A DNA stretch of 64,000 bases, taken from NCBI GenBank assembly GCA_964016885.1, contig OZ024742.1, positions 123,070,001 to 123,134,000 of the forward strand, in the 5' to 3' direction. This document shows, one piece after another, positions 59,434 through 64,000 of this stretch (position 1 is its first letter; every line of letters begins with the position of its first letter). The position numbers and the translations under genes were made by a program. The notes beneath the pieces are model-generated. The model did no database searches and had not been told where the DNA came from. It saw only the letters and a program-made list of their open reading frames with translations. Source of the DNA: Eledone cirrhosa (taxonomy: Eukaryota).

Positions 59434-60173
59434 ACACAGAGGTCTTGCTAGGACAGCTTGAAACACGGGTGAAGTATGTTTGATCTGGGTTGAGGCAAAA
59501 AGATTTTACGACTGCGCATGTCTCATTGTATAATACATCATATATATATTTATTAAAATGCAGATACATTTTAAATATCGTCACTGTAATATATCATATT
59601 GTACTGAGAGGGATCGAGATATAAAGTAATCTGCAGAAATAACTATCTGTAAATACGTAGTGTAATATTTGTAAAGATGTATAGTTTACGCAGAAAAAGC
59701 AGGCATGCATTTAAAAAGAAAATGCAGCTTAATATTGCAGTCTTGTCACATGTGAAGCAGGTTGTAAATGGAATGGTAATCCTTTAAACATATTCGTAAA
59801 TTTAGAAATCAACCACGCCAAACACGCATGATCACACATACATATATATAATAGTTCTATACAACCCGTCCAGCATAACTGTGGGTTGCGCGCCCTCACA
59901 TTTGTTCACCAGAAAGAACATGGATAAAATACTCATAAATATATCTATATATTTTTCATTTCTCATTTACATTCTGTTTTCTCCCTCTCTTTTATTTCTT
60001 TATATGTTTATCTCTCTCTCTACTATCCTCTCTTCCTCTCTTTCCCTCCCTCTCTCTAAACAAATCTACACATAAATATAGGTATAGGTAAACATATGTG
60101 TACATATAAAATATATTTAATTGTGCATGTACACTTATATATATATATACCTCTCTATATATATGTATGAATG

Positions 60174-60204
<31 letters not shown>

Positions 60205-60395
60205 ATATATATATATATATACATAATAATTAATAATAAACAATACAAAATAATTATTACATTACGAAAGTTTCAGGAGACGAGACAATCTTAACAGAAA
60301 CGACCATCAGATGAAATAGACACACACACAAACACACACGCACACACACATATATTTTTTTTTTTTCTTCCTCATAATCGTCTCTTTCTCCCTGT

Positions 60396-60491
<96 letters not shown>

Positions 60492-60667
60492 CTATATAAA
60501 CATATATATAACATATAAAAATATGTATAGGTATATATTTATATATAGATTATATATTATATTATTATATATTTCTAAAACATATTTATATATATTTACA
60601 CATACATATATACATATACCTCTCTCTCTCTCTATACATATATATATATAAATAATGATATATACAT

Positions 60668-60754
<87 letters not shown>

Positions 60755-61959
60755 CCGATTACTATATTCATCACCAAGAGTGTGGCAGATATATGGAACA
60801 AAGAAGGAGATATTGACAAATAACTGTCAACGTTCTTTCACTATTAAATCTTAATATATTTTCTAATGCGTCAGTATAATAGCTTACCGCAAATAGCTCT
60901 CTATATTTCAACCACATTTTCCTATTATTTCTCATACAGAATTATTTATTTCCAATTCTCACCTTTTCTTATTCAATATTCCTACGTTTGTATTCCTCAC
61001 TATTTCGGTCCCCATTTCTCTTCTTCAACACAATACCGAATGAGGCCTCCTCGTCTCCCAAACTCTATTTATACAGTCGTTCTTGTCTCCTCCCATCATT
61101 CTCCCTTTCGATCTTGTAGTGTTTATCTGTATCCCCACCTCTCTCTTTCTCTCTGAACATACAGACACTAACACACACACATACACACACACACACACAC
61201 ACATACATACACACATACACACACATGCACACACACATACACACACATGCACATATATATATAAGGTGAAGGCGAGCGGTTTAGTGGTTCTGGTGTTCGA
61301 CACCATATGGTCATAAGTTCGATTGCTGATGGCGCGTATTTTTCTTTGAGCAAAATACTTTATTTCACCTTACTGCTCAGCTGGCACAAATGGGTTATAA
61401 TCATAATTCAAATCTCCGCCCTACACATACATGCAAAATCCCATCCCATCTCTCTCTCTCACTCTCTCCCTCTCTCTCTCTCTTTCACACACACATACAC
61501 ACAAGATCACATACACATCCATATATACATACCTATTCCTTACATATATATATATACACCTTACCTTGCAAATGCCTGGCTTTTTCTGATTGAATCGTTA
61601 CGGCACTCGGAAAATAAAAAAACGCAATAGGACCTCTCCTTGTACATGCCTCATTAAGAAAAGATAAAGAGGAAAAAATGACAATATGTACTAGTTGATA
61701 CCCCTTGCATGACAAGTAAATGAATGCCATAGTTATTTCAATGATACAATTCCAAGCAGTGTGAGGGAATGCTCTCTGCTGTGCAGAATCTCTGGCAGAA
61801 ACAACCTAAAGATGCCAGCGGACAAAATGAAGAAAGTGTTACCCCGGAGGATAGCGAAGCAGAGGCGTTGAAACCCCAATTTTCAAAACTCACTTCTGAC
61901 AGCAGTAAGTTGAGAGAGGGTTCGGGGACCAAGAGCGCCAGACATCCCCTCCGCTAAAA

Positions 61960-62330
61960 TATTTGTTTCTACTTTTGGCACAAGGCTAGCAATTACCCCA
62001 GTGTATTACTGGTACTTTATTTTATCGACCCCGTAAGGATGAAAGGCAAAGTTAACCTTAGCGGAATTTGAACACAGAACCTAAGGGCCATACCTGTATG
62101 CTGCAAAACATGGTGTCTGACGCACTACCGATTCTCAATGATTAATAATTGTTTCTACTTTTGGCACTAGGCCAGCGATTATTCCATTGCATTACTGGTA
62201 TTTTATTTTATCGACCCCGTAAGGATGAAAGGCAAAGTTAACCTCGGGGGGGATTTGAACTCAGAATGGCAAGGGCCGTAACTCTATGCGTCAAAGCATG
62301 GCGTTCGACCCTCTACCGATACTGCCAATC
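61960..62330 (-). mobile_element. Two tandem SINE-A copies
   Basis: Two cores, each starting ttgtttctacttttggcac. Confidence 0.88.
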
Positions 62331-63155
62331 ATTTATACTTAACATATTAAACGTTAGCTACTCTGTTATCTCTATTTATCTCACCTGACTGACAGGTTGA
62401 CAACTAATATATACAAACGTAAAAGGTTTCAGTTTTGTACTCTTTTCAAAATTTTTCTTAATAATTTAAATTGAAATTAAATATAGATAACATTTTAACA
62501 AAATTAAAAGCTATTGATAATGTTGCCTTTCACTTTTATGGTGTCTTTTCATTTTAATTTGTTTTCCTTATAAACACAAAGTGAAAAGAAAACGTTCACC
62601 AAAACATAAATATATCAAAAAGAAATTGATATTAAATGAATTGGTACCAGGAAAGATATGTGAGTTTCTATGATTATAAAATAGAAATATCATTAAGTTT
62701 CGTGAGTAGAAAAATATATAACATAAGAGAAATTGCGGCACAAGTCAGAGCATTTTAATCAATTTGAGAAAACAAATACAAGTATACAACCCACACATTG
62801 ACAGACACATGAATATTCATACGTACATATATATATATATATATATATATTGTTATACTTTGGGAGGGTCATATATATAAGAGTGTATGTGTGGATGGGT
62901 GAATGTATGTATTGATTGATATATATATACTTATCAATGTATGGATCCAAATATATGCATAAAACATCACCACCGCTTCCGTAGGCACATGTCGTGTGTA
63001 GGCTTGTCCTTACTATGTTGGCGTATCTCTCTGTAATGGTGAAAAGCTTTGACAGTAAGGCAAAACATCTTTAATTTAAAGGGGTTGATAGACGCGCAAA
63101 AGAGTTCATACTCGCTAATGAGTTGACAGTAGTTATGTATATGTGTGTGTGTGTG

Positions 63156-63194
<39 letters not shown>

Positions 63195-63232
63195 ATGTGT
63201 GTGTGCGTGTACGTGGGTGTGTGTGCGCGTTT

Positions 63233-63273
<41 letters not shown>

Positions 63274-63348
63274 CATGCTCTGGGAGGGTCATGTTGCCAA
63301 TAACACACGTTTTCAGATAAAGAACCTTGCTAAACACATTCAGAAACG

Positions 63349-63390
<42 letters not shown>

Positions 63391-63739
63391 TATATACACA
63401 CACAAACATATATATTTGTTGTGTGAAAGAGAAACAGAGAGAGAAAAAGAGAGAGAGAAAGAGAGAGAGAGATAGAGAGAGAGGGTGGAGTCATCGAATC
63501 AGATATGGACATATTCTTTTTTTTTTTTTTTTTTTCGTTTTTGATTTTTCAATAAATATTTCCTTAAATGAAAGCAACGAATAAAGATTTGTCTGAAATG
63601 TTGCTTTGATCATATAGGTGTATTAACATTTGTTAGTGACAACATATGTTATACAGTTATTGGCGAGTGATTAGTTGTTAACATCTGTAACATCATAAAA
63701 TGAAAGATATAGTTTGATCTTAGCGACGATAAATAACAG

Positions 63740-64000
63740 ATGATTGTCATAAATTTGCTGTCATTTTTACGACACTCTTCGACTGTCAAAATGTTTATAG
63801 TGGCTGCAGTTTTATGGGGGAGACTTCCGAGGGATATTTGTGGAGAAAGCCCATTAAAAGACCACAGTGTCTCTGACCACCAGGGCAAGTGCCCTCTCCC
63901 AGTGTTCCACCTTTAATTTACAGACACATACTCAGAGAAGGCCCATTCATTCGGGCCATACTTGCTTCTCTCACCCATCTTTCAACAAAATGCTGGGAAG
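63740..64000 (-). mobile_element. L1/Tx1-like LINE 3' end (runs off the window edge)
   Basis: FVERWVREASMARMNGPSLSMCL* (stop at 63918-63920) resembles an L1/Tx1 ORF2 C-terminus (F.ERW), followed by UTR. Confidence 0.45.

Noticed and set aside
61769-61957. 62-aa non-repetitive ORF in a GC-richer patch
   Set aside because: No recognisable domain, no convincing splice context and no neighbouring exons; it may be a transposon fragment.

Overview
AT-rich, microsatellite-saturated eukaryotic non-coding DNA (intergenic or intronic). It is most likely octopus/cephalopod, inferred from the two tRNA-derived SINE families and the extreme (TA)n/(CA)n load. I find no intact host gene, and nearly all supplied ORFs are translated microsatellites. 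The main signal is a dense population of Penelope-like retroelement (PLE) remnants inserted into (TA)n tracts. Three copies keep recognisable GIY-YIG endonuclease C-termini (4270-4464, 12261-13203, 29076-29231) and a fourth possibly does (25082-25231). By eye, more than 25 hammerhead ribozyme (HHR) motifs or fragments occur in at least 10 unrelated sequence families. These include canonical CUGANGA cores, U3-A8 compensatory cores (UUGAAAA), palindromic stem IIIs, recurrent fold-back insertions, a 465-bp retrozyme-like tandem unit, and one candidate pseudoknotted hammerhead with non-standard strand order (35654-35715). Also present are Helitron ends, decayed CRE, RTE and L1/Tx1-like LINE fragments, and many SINE copies. 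All structures were derived by manual reading; no folding or database search was run. Family letters (A-M) are my own labels.
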